From a candidate division FCPU426 bacterium (GTDB taxonomy: Bacteria; Oederibacteriota; Muellerivitia; Muellerivitales; Muellerivitaceae), in NCBI GenBank assembly GCA_963738405.1, contig CAVTWJ010000001.1, forward strand, positions 96,001 to 160,000: a stretch of 64,000 nucleotides of DNA. The letters are read 5' to 3'. Of this stretch, positions 16,021 through 25,234 are shown piece by piece (the stretch's first letter is position 1; every line of letters starts with the position of its first letter). A program made the translations under genes and the position numbers. The notes beneath the pieces are model-generated. The model searched no databases, was not told the DNA's origin, and saw nothing but the letters and a program-made list of their open reading frames with translations.

Positions 16021-16059
16021 CAGTATATGGGCGGGGAAGCGGCTGGGCGAGTTTTTGGA
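16021..16059 (-). repeat. 39-bp direct repeat containing a promoter-like sequence, copy 1
   Basis: 36/39 identical to 16803-16841; minus strand TCGCCC-17 bp-TATACT. Confidence 0.8.
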
Positions 16060-16069
16060 TATCTGGCCT

Positions 16070-16750
16070 TTAAACTTTCACCATCGACCCACCCCTGGTC
16101 GCGATCTGGTCAGAGGGCCAAACATGATCCCCCCGAAGGCCAGCGTGGGCCGTGCGCACCATGGCTTTGGCGATAACCTGGGCCGAGATGGGTTTGTATT
16201 TCTTGAGGGGCCCCGCGAATAAAAAAGAAAGAGGGGTTAAAGACCACTCCATCATTTTTCCCATCGGCCTTATTTCCTTGCGGTCCTTTTCCCCGGTGAT
16301 GAAGGAGGGCTGGAAGATGTGCAGGGCTTCAAAATGGATATCCTTGACCGCTTTTTCCATTTCCCCCTTGAGGCGGGTGTAGGGGAAAGAAGAATCCGGG
16401 TTCGCCCCCAGGGAGGAAACCACCAAAAATTGTTTGGCCTTGTTTTTGTGGGTGGTCTGGGCAAGTCGAACCACATAATCGTAATCGATTTTTCGGTAGG
16501 CTTCCGGGGTGGGCGATTTCTTACGAGTGGTGCCCAGGGCGCAGAAAACATCGTCCACCTGAACGTCCTTCAATACGTGTTTGAGGTGTTCGAAATTTAA
16601 GACCAACTCGGTCAATTTAGGATGCTTGAGCCCTAAGGAGGACCGAACCAGGATTGTGACATGGGAATAACCCGGGTCTTCCAGCAGTTCTGTGAGGCAG
16701 AAGCCCCCTACCAGGCCGCTTGCGCCCGCCAACAATGCTGTTCGTTTCAT
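16070..16750 (-). CDS. NAD(P)-binding oxidoreductase, YraR/TIP30-like
   Basis: AGASGLVG, DVFCALGTT, VVSSLGA, Y..KGEME. Confidence 0.9.
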   Translation of the reverse strand: MKRTALLAGASGLVGGFCLTELLEDPGYSHVTILVRSSLGLKHPKLTELVLNFEHLKHVLKDVQVDDVFCALGTTRKKSPTPEAYRKIDYDYVVRLAQTTHKNKAKQFLVVSSLGANPDSSFPYTRLKGEMEKAVKDIHFEALHIFQPSFITGEKDRKEIRPMGKMMEWSLTPLSFLFAGPLKKYKPISAQVIAKAMVRTAHAGLRGDHVWPSDQIATRGGSMVKV

Positions 16751-16802
16751 GGATTTCCTTCCGGGTTCGGTTTAGAAAGTAATGAACTATTTCCTAGGCT
16801 GT

Positions 16803-16841
16803 CAGTATATGGGCGGGGAAGCGACTGGGCGAATTATTGGA
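16803..16841 (-). repeat. 39-bp direct repeat containing a promoter-like sequence, copy 2
   Basis: 36/39 identical to 16021-16059. Confidence 0.8.
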
Positions 16842-16993
16842 GATCAAGGCAATTTTTTGGATTGTCGAACTCCTTATAGAGCGGGGAAGATTCTCGGCTA
16901 AAGGGTTGCCGGGAATTGGCGCGTTAAAGGACGATCACAATTTTTGGAAGTGGTAAAATATTCATAGATTCAAATATGTATTGTGAGGTCCAT

Positions 16994-17533
16994 ATGAAGA
17001 GACATTTATTAATAGCTTTATTTTTGTTGTCGCTTTTTGCGACTTGGGCTTGCCGCCCTATTCTTCCGGTTCCCCCTAGTTCTGTACCAACTCCTACCCC
17101 AACGATCGTCCCTGGTTGTGGGGTGTCCATTCTTCTTGCACCGAATTCGTTGCAATTTTCCATTCTTTCCTCCCCAGTGACGGTCGCGACCCCGGCGATG
17201 ACACCTATAGGGGCCCCGGTAACGAGTGTGGGTTGGCCGGGAGTTATCCGGAATTTTTCGGACTGGCAAACGGCATATGGTTCGGTGGCACCTCCGGTTG
17301 ATTTCAACCAGAAGATGCTTCTTCCCATGACCTTTTACGATGGTTGCGGGGGAGGTAATTGGGTTGAAAGTGTTTGTTGGGACGATACCCAGATAACGGT
17401 TGAGGCGGCAAGTTGGATTCCCCGACCAGGTGGTCCCGTCTGTAATGCAACCTTACTTCCCTCAGCTTGTTTAATTGTGGTACCCCAGACGAATCTTCCC
17501 ATCGTGTCCATTGGCCAAGCGGAATATTGGTAA
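16994..17533 (+). CDS. Hypothetical lipoprotein (PrcB C-terminal-like)
   Basis: MKRHLLIALFLLSLFATWAC lipobox-like; PPVDFNQKMLL. Confidence 0.65.
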   Translation: MKRHLLIALFLLSLFATWACRPILPVPPSSVPTPTPTIVPGCGVSILLAPNSLQFSILSSPVTVATPAMTPIGAPVTSVGWPGVIRNFSDWQTAYGSVAPPVDFNQKMLLPMTFYDGCGGGNWVESVCWDDTQITVEAASWIPRPGGPVCNATLLPSACLIVVPQTNLPIVSIGQAEYW

Positions 17534-17607
17534 GTGAAGCCCTGAGTTTAAATTTGTGAAGGGGTTTGATAGAACAATTGATTTGAAAGCAAATGAATTA
17601 AAGAATG

Positions 17608-17634
17608 AGGCGAACCTTAGGGTTCGCCTTTTTT
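17608..17634 (+). terminator. Intrinsic terminator
   Basis: AGGCGAACC-ttag-GGTTCGCCT followed by T-run. Confidence 0.8.
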
Positions 17635-17725
17635 ATTATGAACCCTGGATTCCTTTTTTCTGAGTAATAGGTTGGAATGGTTAAGATCAACAATTGAATC
17701 CTAAAACACCAAGGGGGCAAACGAA

Positions 17726-18847
17726 ATGAAGGGCATTCAAAAGGTTCTGGTTCTTTCCGTTTTGGTGTTGGGTTTACCTGCACGCCCCTGGGCCGACGCG
17801 GCTTCGCGTTTGTTGACGGCACCCGGATTTGAAGTTTCAATTTTCGCATCCCAATTGGGAAGCGCCCGGGGCATGGCCCTTTCGCCCGACGGAGTGCTTT
17901 ACGCCTGCGAAATGAAAGAGGGCCAAGTGGTGGCCTTGTTAGACCCCGGCCAAACCGGGGCATCTACTGAAACCAAAGTTATTATTGAAGAACTGCATCA
18001 CCCCCACAGCCTGGCTTTTTACAAAGGTTCACTCTATGTAGGTGAATCGGACCGCGTGTCGCGCTTTACCCTGACCGACCACCTTTTACACAGGGAAGAC
18101 GGCCAAACCATTGTGGCGCTTCCGGATGGCGGGGCCCATACAACCCGCACCATCCTCTTTGGGCCGGACGATAAGCTTTATATTTCCATCGGAAGTTCCT
18201 GCAACGTTTGCGAAGAAACAGACGAACGCCGCGCCACCATTTGCCGATGCAATCCCGACGGGTCCGAGTTTGAGATTTACGCCAAGGGATTGCGAAACGC
18301 GGTGGGGATTACTTTTCGCCCCGGCACCCAGGACCTTTGGGCCACCTGCAATGGAAGGGACTGGTTAGGCGATAACCTGCCGCCCGAATGTTTTTACCAA
18401 GTCCAACAGGGCAAGCATTACGGCTGGCCCTATTCCTACACGCTCAACGGCAAAATTGTGCCCGATCCCGATTTTGGGGATAAGGGTATCCGCCAAACCG
18501 GCCTGCCCGTTTTTGAATATCAGGCCCATTGCGCCCCCCTGGGCCTTACCTTTTACACGGGATCGGCTTTCCTGGAAAAATACAAGAATGGGCTTTTTGT
18601 CTGTTTCCACGGCAGTTGGAACCGGCTGATTCCGGTGGGTTATAAGGTGGTCTTTTTTCCCTTTGTCGGAAAAGGCGGAAAGAAGATTGGGCCCGGCGAG
18701 GATTTTTTGGGTTTTCGGTTGAGAGACGGGGAGCGGGTGGGAAGGCCCGTGGATGTTCTAACCGGGCCCCATGGCGAACTTTTTATTTCCGATGATGACG
18801 GCGGACGAATTTTTAAGGTGGTTTATAAAAATAAAAAGGCCGATTAA
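17726..18847 (+). CDS. PQQ-dependent sugar / L-sorbosone dehydrogenase family protein
   Basis: Signal peptide; HTTRTI.FGPD, GSSCNVC, GLRNAVG, NGRDWLGD, HGSWNR, GRPVDV. Confidence 0.9.
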   Translation: MKGIQKVLVLSVLVLGLPARPWADAASRLLTAPGFEVSIFASQLGSARGMALSPDGVLYACEMKEGQVVALLDPGQTGASTETKVIIEELHHPHSLAFYKGSLYVGESDRVSRFTLTDHLLHREDGQTIVALPDGGAHTTRTILFGPDDKLYISIGSSCNVCEETDERRATICRCNPDGSEFEIYAKGLRNAVGITFRPGTQDLWATCNGRDWLGDNLPPECFYQVQQGKHYGWPYSYTLNGKIVPDPDFGDKGIRQTGLPVFEYQAHCAPLGLTFYTGSAFLEKYKNGLFVCFHGSWNRLIPVGYKVVFFPFVGKGGKKIGPGEDFLGFRLRDGERVGRPVDVLTGPHGELFISDDDGGRIFKVVYKNKKAD

Positions 18848-18956
18848 AGACCCGAGAATAAAGCGGCCAACCAGTTTCTTTTTTTTCTCAATGACAACCC
18901 AACTCTCAAAATGATTGAATCCCTCCAACCGGCGCCTTCTTCCGATTTCAACTACC

Positions 18957-18999
18957 TTTGACTTAAGTCACAGTGGGTTTAAACTCCATCCGCTATAAA
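18957..18999 (+). promoter_or_regulatory. Crp/Fnr-family box and -10 (class II promoter) of the qNOR gene
   Basis: TTTGA-cttaag-TCACA (18957-18972); TATAAA at 18994 places the box centre at about -41.5. Confidence 0.8.
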
Positions 19000-19040
19000 G
19001 GTTGAGCCCTGGGGAGGGGTATCACTCTAGGAGGAAACCT

Positions 19041-21302
19041 GTGGAAATTTCGAAAGCTTGGCGGCACGCGGCAATTCTGGTTCTGGTCGTGGGTTTTACC
19101 GTCCTCATGTTCATGGGGAAAAATCTTTACGATAACGCGCCACCCATCCCTGCCAAGGTGATGGACGCCTCCGGCCAAACCCTTTTCACGGGTGATGATA
19201 TTTTGGCGGGCCAGGCGGTTTTTCAAAGATACGGCCTGATGGATTACGGTTCGGTGTTCGGCCACGGGGCCTACCGGGGCCCGGATTTCACCGACGATTA
19301 CCTGCACCGCTCGGCCTGGATTCAAAGGGACATCAAAGCCCAGGCCCAACTCAAGCAAACCTACGCCGCCCTATCCGACCCGCAAAAGGCCCAGATCGAC
19401 CAGCAGGTGGTGGCCGACGCCAAAACCAACCGATACGACGAATCAACAAAGACCCTGACCTGGACAAAAGAACAAACCCAGGCTTTGCCGCCTTTGACGG
19501 CGGTTTACGTCGACATGTTCATCAACGGCGGCGCGGACCACACCCTGCCATTGAACTACATCAAATCGACCGATGAAGTCCAAAAGCTAACCTACTTCTT
19601 CGCCTGGACCTCCTGGGTGGCTTCCACCCAAAGGCCGGGGAAAAATTACAGCTATACCAACAACTGGCCCCCCGAGGACGCCGTGGGCAACCGGCCCACG
19701 AAGGCCGTATTTCTTTGGAGCGCCCTGTCGCTTATTTCCCTCCTGGGCGGCATCGCGGTGGTGCTGATGTTCTTCGGGCGGTTCGACTACCTGGGCTGGG
19801 GCGGGGACGAACCCGCCATTCGTAAAAGCATCCCCTTGAAGGACTTCAAGGTCACCCCGAGCCAGGTGGCCACCTATAAATATTTCCTCATTGTGGCCCT
19901 GCTCTTCGCCTTCCAGACCCTGATGGGCGTCTTCACGGCCCACTATTTCGTGGAAGCCACGGGCTTTTACGGTATCGACATTAGAAACATCCTTCCCACC
20001 ACCATCACCCGTACCTGGCATCTTCAGCTTTCCATATTCTGGATCGCGACCGCCTGGCTGGCGGCCGGGCTGTTTATCGCGCCCTTCATCGGCAAGCGGG
20101 AACCCAAGTACCAGGCCTTTTGGGTGAACGTATTGTTCGGGGCGGTGGTGCTGGTGGCGGTCGGGTCCATCGTTGGCGAGTACCTCGGTATCAAAGCGCA
20201 GTTGGGCCAATATTGGTTCTGGTTCGGCCACCAGGGCTGGGAATATTTGGAACTGGGCCGGTTTTGGCAGGCCCTGCTGACGGCGGGCATGGTGATCTGG
20301 GCCATTCTGGTGGTCCGGGCCGTCTGGGGCAGGCTGAAGGGTAAGGATTGGGGAAGCATGCCTTACCTGCTGGTGTACGCCATCGTGGCTATTCCCCTGA
20401 TGTTCTCGGCGGGCATGCTTTATACCCCCAAGACCAACTTCGCCATCGCGGATTTTTGGCGCTGGTGGGTGGTCCACTTGTGGGTTGAGAGCTTCTTTGA
20501 ACTATTCACGACCGTCGTGGTGGCCTACTTCTTCGTGATCCTGGGGCTCGTCACCACCAAGACCGCCATTCGGGTCGTGTACCTGGACATCATCCTCTTC
20601 CTTGGGTCGGGCATGATCGGAACGGGACACCATTACTACTGGACCGCCCAGCCCGCCATCAACCTGGCGCTGGGAGCCTTCTTTTCGGCCATGGAAGTGG
20701 TTCCGCTGCTCCTCCTAACCCTGGAAGCTTACGACTTCGCCAAGCTCCGGAGCGGGGAAGCGGGAACGAAAGAAGATGACGGCTTTTTCGCGCACTACTG
20801 GGCCATCATGTTTCTCATCGCGGTGGGTTTCTGGAACTTCCTGGGCGCGGGGGTTTTCGGCTTTCTCATCAATTTGCCCATCGTCAGCTACTACGAGCAC
20901 GCCACCTACCTGACGCCCAACCACGGCCATGCGGCCCTGATGGGGGTCTACGGCAATCTGGCCATCGCGGCCCTGGTTTTCGTGCTGAGGTTCCTGGTAA
21001 AGCCGGAGTTTTGGTCCAACCGCCTGCTCAAGGTTTCGTTCTGGTCCTTGCAGATCGGTCTGATGATGATGCTGATGCTTGATATCTTCCCGGTGGGGAT
21101 CATGGAAATGGTTCAAAGCTATACCCACGGTTACTGGTTCGCCCGCAGCCCCGAATTCTGGAACCAGCCGATCGTACAGAAACTCACCTGGGCCCGCATG
21201 GCGGGGGACCTGGTTTTCTGTGTCGGAGGTGTACTGCCCTTGCTTTATTTCACCGCCAGGTCCATGTTTCACCTGAAGAAGGCCGACCTGATTGAGGGGT
21301 AG
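19041..21302 (+). CDS. norB: Quinol-dependent nitric oxide reductase (qNOR)
   Basis: GSVFGHGAYRGPDFTDD, YTNNWPPE, RTWHLQ, WWVVHLWVE, GTGHHYYW, NHGHAALMGVYG; GTG after AGGAGG. Confidence 0.95.
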   Translation: MEISKAWRHAAILVLVVGFTVLMFMGKNLYDNAPPIPAKVMDASGQTLFTGDDILAGQAVFQRYGLMDYGSVFGHGAYRGPDFTDDYLHRSAWIQRDIKAQAQLKQTYAALSDPQKAQIDQQVVADAKTNRYDESTKTLTWTKEQTQALPPLTAVYVDMFINGGADHTLPLNYIKSTDEVQKLTYFFAWTSWVASTQRPGKNYSYTNNWPPEDAVGNRPTKAVFLWSALSLISLLGGIAVVLMFFGRFDYLGWGGDEPAIRKSIPLKDFKVTPSQVATYKYFLIVALLFAFQTLMGVFTAHYFVEATGFYGIDIRNILPTTITRTWHLQLSIFWIATAWLAAGLFIAPFIGKREPKYQAFWVNVLFGAVVLVAVGSIVGEYLGIKAQLGQYWFWFGHQGWEYLELGRFWQALLTAGMVIWAILVVRAVWGRLKGKDWGSMPYLLVYAIVAIPLMFSAGMLYTPKTNFAIADFWRWWVVHLWVESFFELFTTVVVAYFFVILGLVTTKTAIRVVYLDIILFLGSGMIGTGHHYYWTAQPAINLALGAFFSAMEVVPLLLLTLEAYDFAKLRSGEAGTKEDDGFFAHYWAIMFLIAVGFWNFLGAGVFGFLINLPIVSYYEHATYLTPNHGHAALMGVYGNLAIAALVFVLRFLVKPEFWSNRLLKVSFWSLQIGLMMMLMLDIFPVGIMEMVQSYTHGYWFARSPEFWNQPIVQKLTWARMAGDLVFCVGGVLPLLYFTARSMFHLKKADLIEG

Positions 21303-21392
21303 ACTTTCTTAATACCCTTGAAGCCGTTCATCCATTCCAGACTGGGGGAGCCGGTTTGGAATGGATCTACTGGGCCTGTTTGGGAGAAATAC

Positions 21393-21839
21393 ATGAAACG
21401 CGAAAAATACCTTTGGCCCTTGAGCCAATCCCACCACCGGGCACTGGTGGCCGCCAAGAGAGTAAAGGAACAACTGTCTTCTATCCCCCGGGGGGAAGAG
21501 ACAAGCCGATTGTTGAAAATTTCTTCTGAATTAAAAGAACTGATTGATGCCGAACTGCGCCAGCATTTTTGGGACGAGGAAAGAATAGTGGGCCTCTTTG
21601 AGGGCCGGATGGGATATGACGATCCTGACGCTATGAGGTTAAGAAAAGACCACCGGCATTTGGAATCGCTTCTCGCCCAACAAACCGGTGAAAGCTTTCT
21701 TCAGTTCGCCGAGGTTTTGGTGCTCCATATCCGTTTTGAGGAAGACATTCTTTTCGGAAGAATTGAGAAGGTTTTGAGTGAGGCGGAAATAAAAACCGTT
21801 TCGGGAATGCTGGTCCCTGCTTCGTGCGAAAAAGCTTAA
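21393..21839 (+). CDS. Hemerythrin-like (HHE) domain protein
   Basis: MKR..L.PLSQSHH, HFWDEE, DHRHL, HIRFEEDILF. Confidence 0.85.
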   Translation: MKREKYLWPLSQSHHRALVAAKRVKEQLSSIPRGEETSRLLKISSELKELIDAELRQHFWDEERIVGLFEGRMGYDDPDAMRLRKDHRHLESLLAQQTGESFLQFAEVLVLHIRFEEDILFGRIEKVLSEAEIKTVSGMLVPASCEKA

Positions 21840-22507
21840 TCTTCGCCGGTGTAATCCCGAAGCCCCTCGATATCCAACAGCGTAATTTGATGACGGCCGT
21901 CGGTGGAAACCAGTTTTTCCTTTTCCAACTTGGCTAGGGCGCGGGAAACCACTTCCCGTACCGTTCCTAAGCGGGCGGCGATGGCCGGGTTGGCGGGCAG
22001 GGGAAGTTTTTTGGTCTTTTTCTCCTCGAATTCCTGCAAAAGATAGGCGGCCAAACGCTGGTCTACCTCCCTGAGTGAAAGCGATTCGACCAGGGCGGAT
22101 GTTTTTCGAAGCCGGGCGGCCAAGAGCCGGACGGCGCCCAGGGCGATGGCCGGGTGGCTGAGGAAGACCCGGTTCACAGCCTCCTTGGAAATAAAAAGCA
22201 CCTCGCTTTCTTCCTCTGCGCAGACGGTGGAGGGGTAGGGACGCCCGTCAAATACCGGGACTTCCGCGATGGTGGAACCGGCCTTTTCCACATGAATCGT
22301 CTGTTCCCGGCCTTCATCGTTGGACCGGTAGGCCCGCAGGGAACCCTTAACGACCACATAGAGGCCCTTGGCCGCGTCCCCGGCGGTAAAGAGTATCTCG
22401 CCCTTGCCCAAACGGCGTTCCGTGCAAACCTTCGAAACGGCCTGGAGTTCCTTAGGCTTGAGGGAGCCGAACATTTCGGTTTTTTTCAAGGCGACGATGT
22501 TGTCCAT
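21836..22507 (-). CDS. Crp/Fnr family transcriptional regulator (Dnr/HcpR-like)
   Basis: cNMP-like domain (AEVPVFDGRPYP), HTH IAARLGTVREVVSRAL; no N-terminal Fnr cysteines. Confidence 0.92.
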   Translation of the reverse strand: MDNIVALKKTEMFGSLKPKELQAVSKVCTERRLGKGEILFTAGDAAKGLYVVVKGSLRAYRSNDEGREQTIHVEKAGSTIAEVPVFDGRPYPSTVCAEEESEVLFISKEAVNRVFLSHPAIALGAVRLLAARLRKTSALVESLSLREVDQRLAAYLLQEFEEKKTKKLPLPANPAIAARLGTVREVVSRALAKLEKEKLVSTDGRHQITLLDIEGLRDYTGED

Positions 22508-22528
22508 GCCCCCATCATAACTTCGGGC

Positions 22529-22571
22529 CGTGACCTAAGTCACCGACTTCCATTGGGGGTATTCATAAGAT
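22529..22571 (+). promoter_or_regulatory. Crp/Fnr-family box and -10 (class II promoter) of ric
   Basis: CGTGA-cctaag-TCACC (22529-22544); TAAGAT at 22566, the same spacing as at qNOR. Confidence 0.8.
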
Positions 22572-22603
22572 GCGATGGTTGAACAACATTCCAGGAGGAA
22601 TCC

Positions 22604-23338
22604 ATGAAAGCCGAATCCACTCAAACCGTGGCCAGCATCGCGACCGAGTATCCATCCAGCATTCCCTTGTTCGAAAATTTAAAGATCGATTATTGCTGTG
22701 GCGGAAACAAAACCCTTCAGGAAGCCTGTGAAAAATCGGGGGCTTCATTGGAAAAGACGATCCAATCCCTAGAGGTCATTTCCGTGTCGCCCGAGCGGGA
22801 AAAGGACTGGTCGAAGGGAAGCGTCGCCGAATTGGTGGAATTTTTAACGGCCAAACACCACGCCTATACCCGTGATCAGTTGGCGCTTCTGGATAAATTA
22901 TCGGATAAGGTGGCCCGAGTTCACGGCCCCAACCACCCCGAACTTCTTGAATTGCGGAAAGTGTTTTTAGCGATCGATGGGGACTTACAGCCCCACATGC
23001 TCAAGGAAGAACAAATAGCCTTTCCCTATCTCCTGGCGCTGGAAAAATCGGTCCAGAGCGGGAACCGTGAGGACCTCTTTTTTCCTTATGAGGTTTTTAA
23101 AAGCCAGCCCCAGCAGGTTCTGATGGCCGACCATGAGACGGTGGGCGAACAATTGAGGGAAGCGCGCCGTTTGACGGAAGATTTCACCCTGCCCCAAGGC
23201 GCTTGCGTGACCTTTCAGGCCTACTACCGGGCGTTTATGGAGCTGGAAGAGGACCTGCACCGCCATATCCATCTGGAAAACAATGTTCTTTTCCCCATGG
23301 CCGAGAAGCTGGCGGGGGAACCGGCGGCTGCCCTCTAA
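22604..23338 (+). CDS. ric: Iron-sulfur cluster repair di-iron protein
   Basis: IDYCCGG, HHAY, KVARVHG, HMLKEE, MADHE, HIHLENNVLFP. Confidence 0.95.
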   Translation: MKAESTQTVASIATEYPSSIPLFENLKIDYCCGGNKTLQEACEKSGASLEKTIQSLEVISVSPEREKDWSKGSVAELVEFLTAKHHAYTRDQLALLDKLSDKVARVHGPNHPELLELRKVFLAIDGDLQPHMLKEEQIAFPYLLALEKSVQSGNREDLFFPYEVFKSQPQQVLMADHETVGEQLREARRLTEDFTLPQGACVTFQAYYRAFMELEEDLHRHIHLENNVLFPMAEKLAGEPAAAL

Positions 23339-23352
23339 CCGCCCGTCATCGC

Positions 23353-23382
23353 GAAGGGCCCGGCCTCAGCCGTGGCCCTTTT
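23353..23382. terminator. Hairpin between convergent genes (possible terminator / REP-like)
   Basis: AAGGGCC-CGGC-ctca-GCCG-tGGCCCTT then TT. Confidence 0.5.
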
Positions 23383-23944
23383 GTTCCTTAAAGAAAACCG
23401 AAGGGAAGATACCGACCATGATATTTCGGGTCTTTTCGTCGAGTTCCGCGTCGCTGGCGCGCAGGGTGATGAAATGCACCATCGTGGCAAGACCCTTAAC
23501 CGAATAGGGCTTGAAGTTGAGCAGGAAGGGTTCACCCCCATCTTTACGGGCGAAGATCATCAGGTAAGGGCCCATGCGAGGGTCCACCTTTCCCAGACCG
23601 CCCTTGAGGGGAATTCCCTCTAAGTTGAAATCCTGGGTTCCGGAAATCACTTTCGAAATCTCCTCCCATTGAATACCCTTTCGGCGCATGAGGATGGAGG
23701 TGTGATGGATGCCCTTTTCATCCAAACCTAAGCCGCTCGAACGAAACTGAAGGTAGGCCCCGTAAAGGGTTAGCAAGATCCCCATTGCCCAGGCGGTGGG
23801 GTCGGGATTTTTCAGGTCACTCAGACAACCGTAGAGAAGAAAGAGCCCGAACAGCAGGATCATGATTTGAAAGAATCGCATGATCATGTCCACCGGCACC
23901 CGGTAGGGCAATTGGGCCGTTGCATCTACCTTTGTTTTTTCCAT
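23366..23944 (-). CDS. Hypothetical membrane protein (2 TM + bacterial PH-like domain)
   Basis: Two TM helices then LDEKGI...IQWEEISKV; GGGAGGA RBS. Confidence 0.7.
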   Translation of the reverse strand: MEKTKVDATAQLPYRVPVDMIMRFFQIMILLFGLFLLYGCLSDLKNPDPTAWAMGILLTLYGAYLQFRSSGLGLDEKGIHHTSILMRRKGIQWEEISKVISGTQDFNLEGIPLKGGLGKVDPRMGPYLMIFARKDGGEPFLLNFKPYSVKGLATMVHFITLRASDAELDEKTRNIMVGIFPSVFFKEQKGHG

Positions 23945-24042
23945 CTGTTCCTCCCGATACTTGATGTTCTGCGCTTGGATTTTACCAGCAATATGAGCGG
24001 CAAAAAGTTACCAAAATGGGAACATTGTGGTAGGATAGGTTC

Positions 24043-24419
24043 ATGAGAGTCATCAGCCGCAGGCGCTTGCGGGAATTCTGGGATAGCCCCGTGGGGAAAG
24101 GCGCTTCCGAGCATCTTCGTTCCTGGTTCAGGGAAGCGCGGCAAGCTGATTGGAGGGGGCCGTTTGACATCAAGGCGGAATACCCCGTCGCCAGCATCCT
24201 CAAAAACGGTAGGGTTGTCTTTAATATCAACGGCAACAAGTTTCGGCTGGTAGCCGTCATTCGATACGATCTAGGGATCGTCTTTATCCGCTTCGTGGGG
24301 ACACATGCCGACCTTCAAATGAAGCTTTCAAAGAGGTCGGTATAGCACCGATTCCGTAAAAGCTTAATTTCGAATCGGTGCACACCCAATACGACCGGAT
24401 TAACGCGCAGGAGGTTTGA
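24043..24419 (+). pseudogene. higB: HigB-family toxin interrupted near its 3' end by a 77-bp insertion
   Basis: MRVISRRRLREFW...RVVFNINGNKFRLV...FVGTH; the native tail TQYDRINAQEV-stop lies out of frame at 24384-24419; the current ORF stops at 24345. Confidence 0.85.
24305..24381. mobile_element. 77-bp double-hairpin (MITE/REP-doublet-like) insertion in higB
   Basis: ATGCCGACCT/AGGTCGGTAT and GCACCGATTC/GAATCGGTGC stems, both loops containing AAGCTT; removal restores the frame. Confidence 0.65.
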
Positions 24420-24421
24420 TA

Positions 24422-24793
24422 ATGAAATTCAAGGTTTTGAAGAACGAAAAAGAATATCGACAGGCCCTCAAACAGGTCGAGGCGCTGTGGGATGCCCCCA
24501 AAGCCTCTGCCCGGGCCAATGAACTGGAACTATGGGCAAGCCTGGTGGAAGCTTACGAAAGCAAACATGACCCCATTCCGGATCCGGACCCTATCGAAGC
24601 CGTCAAATTCCGCATGGAACAAATGGGGCTCAAACCAACCGACTTAGCCAAATACCTGGGGGGAAGGGGCCGGGTTTCGGAAGTGTTGAACCGCAAACGT
24701 CCGCTATCGGTCGCGATGATGAGAAGCCTTTATCAAAACCTTCATATACCCGCCGAATCCCTTCTGGCGGAACCTTCCGCGAAATATCGTTGA
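24422..24793 (+). CDS. higA: HigA-family HTH antitoxin
   Basis: EYRQAL, PDPIEAVKFRMEQMGL, RVSEVLNRKRPLS; AGGAGG RBS. Confidence 0.92.
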   Translation: MKFKVLKNEKEYRQALKQVEALWDAPKASARANELELWASLVEAYESKHDPIPDPDPIEAVKFRMEQMGLKPTDLAKYLGGRGRVSEVLNRKRPLSVAMMRSLYQNLHIPAESLLAEPSAKYR

Positions 24794-24842
24794 GGAGAAA
24801 AAAGGGGCTAGGCCGACTCATAATCCGTTTTGAATTGGTACT

Positions 24843-25211
24843 ATGAAAAAACCCTTCAAAACCGTTGATGCCTATATTGCCAACGCTCCCGCTTCGGCCC
24901 GCAAAAAGCTGAAGGAGGTCCGCGCTGCGATCCGCAAGGCCGCCCCAAAGGCCGAAGAAAAAATCAGCTATAGCATGCCCTATTACGGCTACCTGGGAAG
25001 GCTGGTTTATTTCCGATTAGGGAAAGGCTATATCGGCCTATATATCCCTTCTCCCGTGGTGGATGAGCATAAGAAGGAGCTGAAAGGTTATTACGCCGTC
25101 GCGGCGACCGTGCATTTGCCTTTGGATAAAAAGATTCCGGTGGGGTTGATTCAAAAGCTGGTGAAGGCCCGCATGAAGAAGAACTTAGCGAAGTACAAAA
25201 AGGCTGTATAA
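24843..25211 (+). CDS. DUF1801 (YdhG-like) protein
   Basis: TVDAYI, IRKAAPKAEEKISYSMP, LIQKLVKAR. Confidence 0.85.
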   Translation: MKKPFKTVDAYIANAPASARKKLKEVRAAIRKAAPKAEEKISYSMPYYGYLGRLVYFRLGKGYIGLYIPSPVVDEHKKELKGYYAVAATVHLPLDKKIPVGLIQKLVKARMKKNLAKYKKAV

Positions 25212-25234
25212 TTTTCTCAACTTAGGAGCTTGAA

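Noticed and set aside
19041..21302. Nitric oxide dismutase (NOD) instead of qNOR
   Set aside because: Canonical HLWVE and GHH metal ligands are intact; the His-to-Asn change typical of NOD is absent
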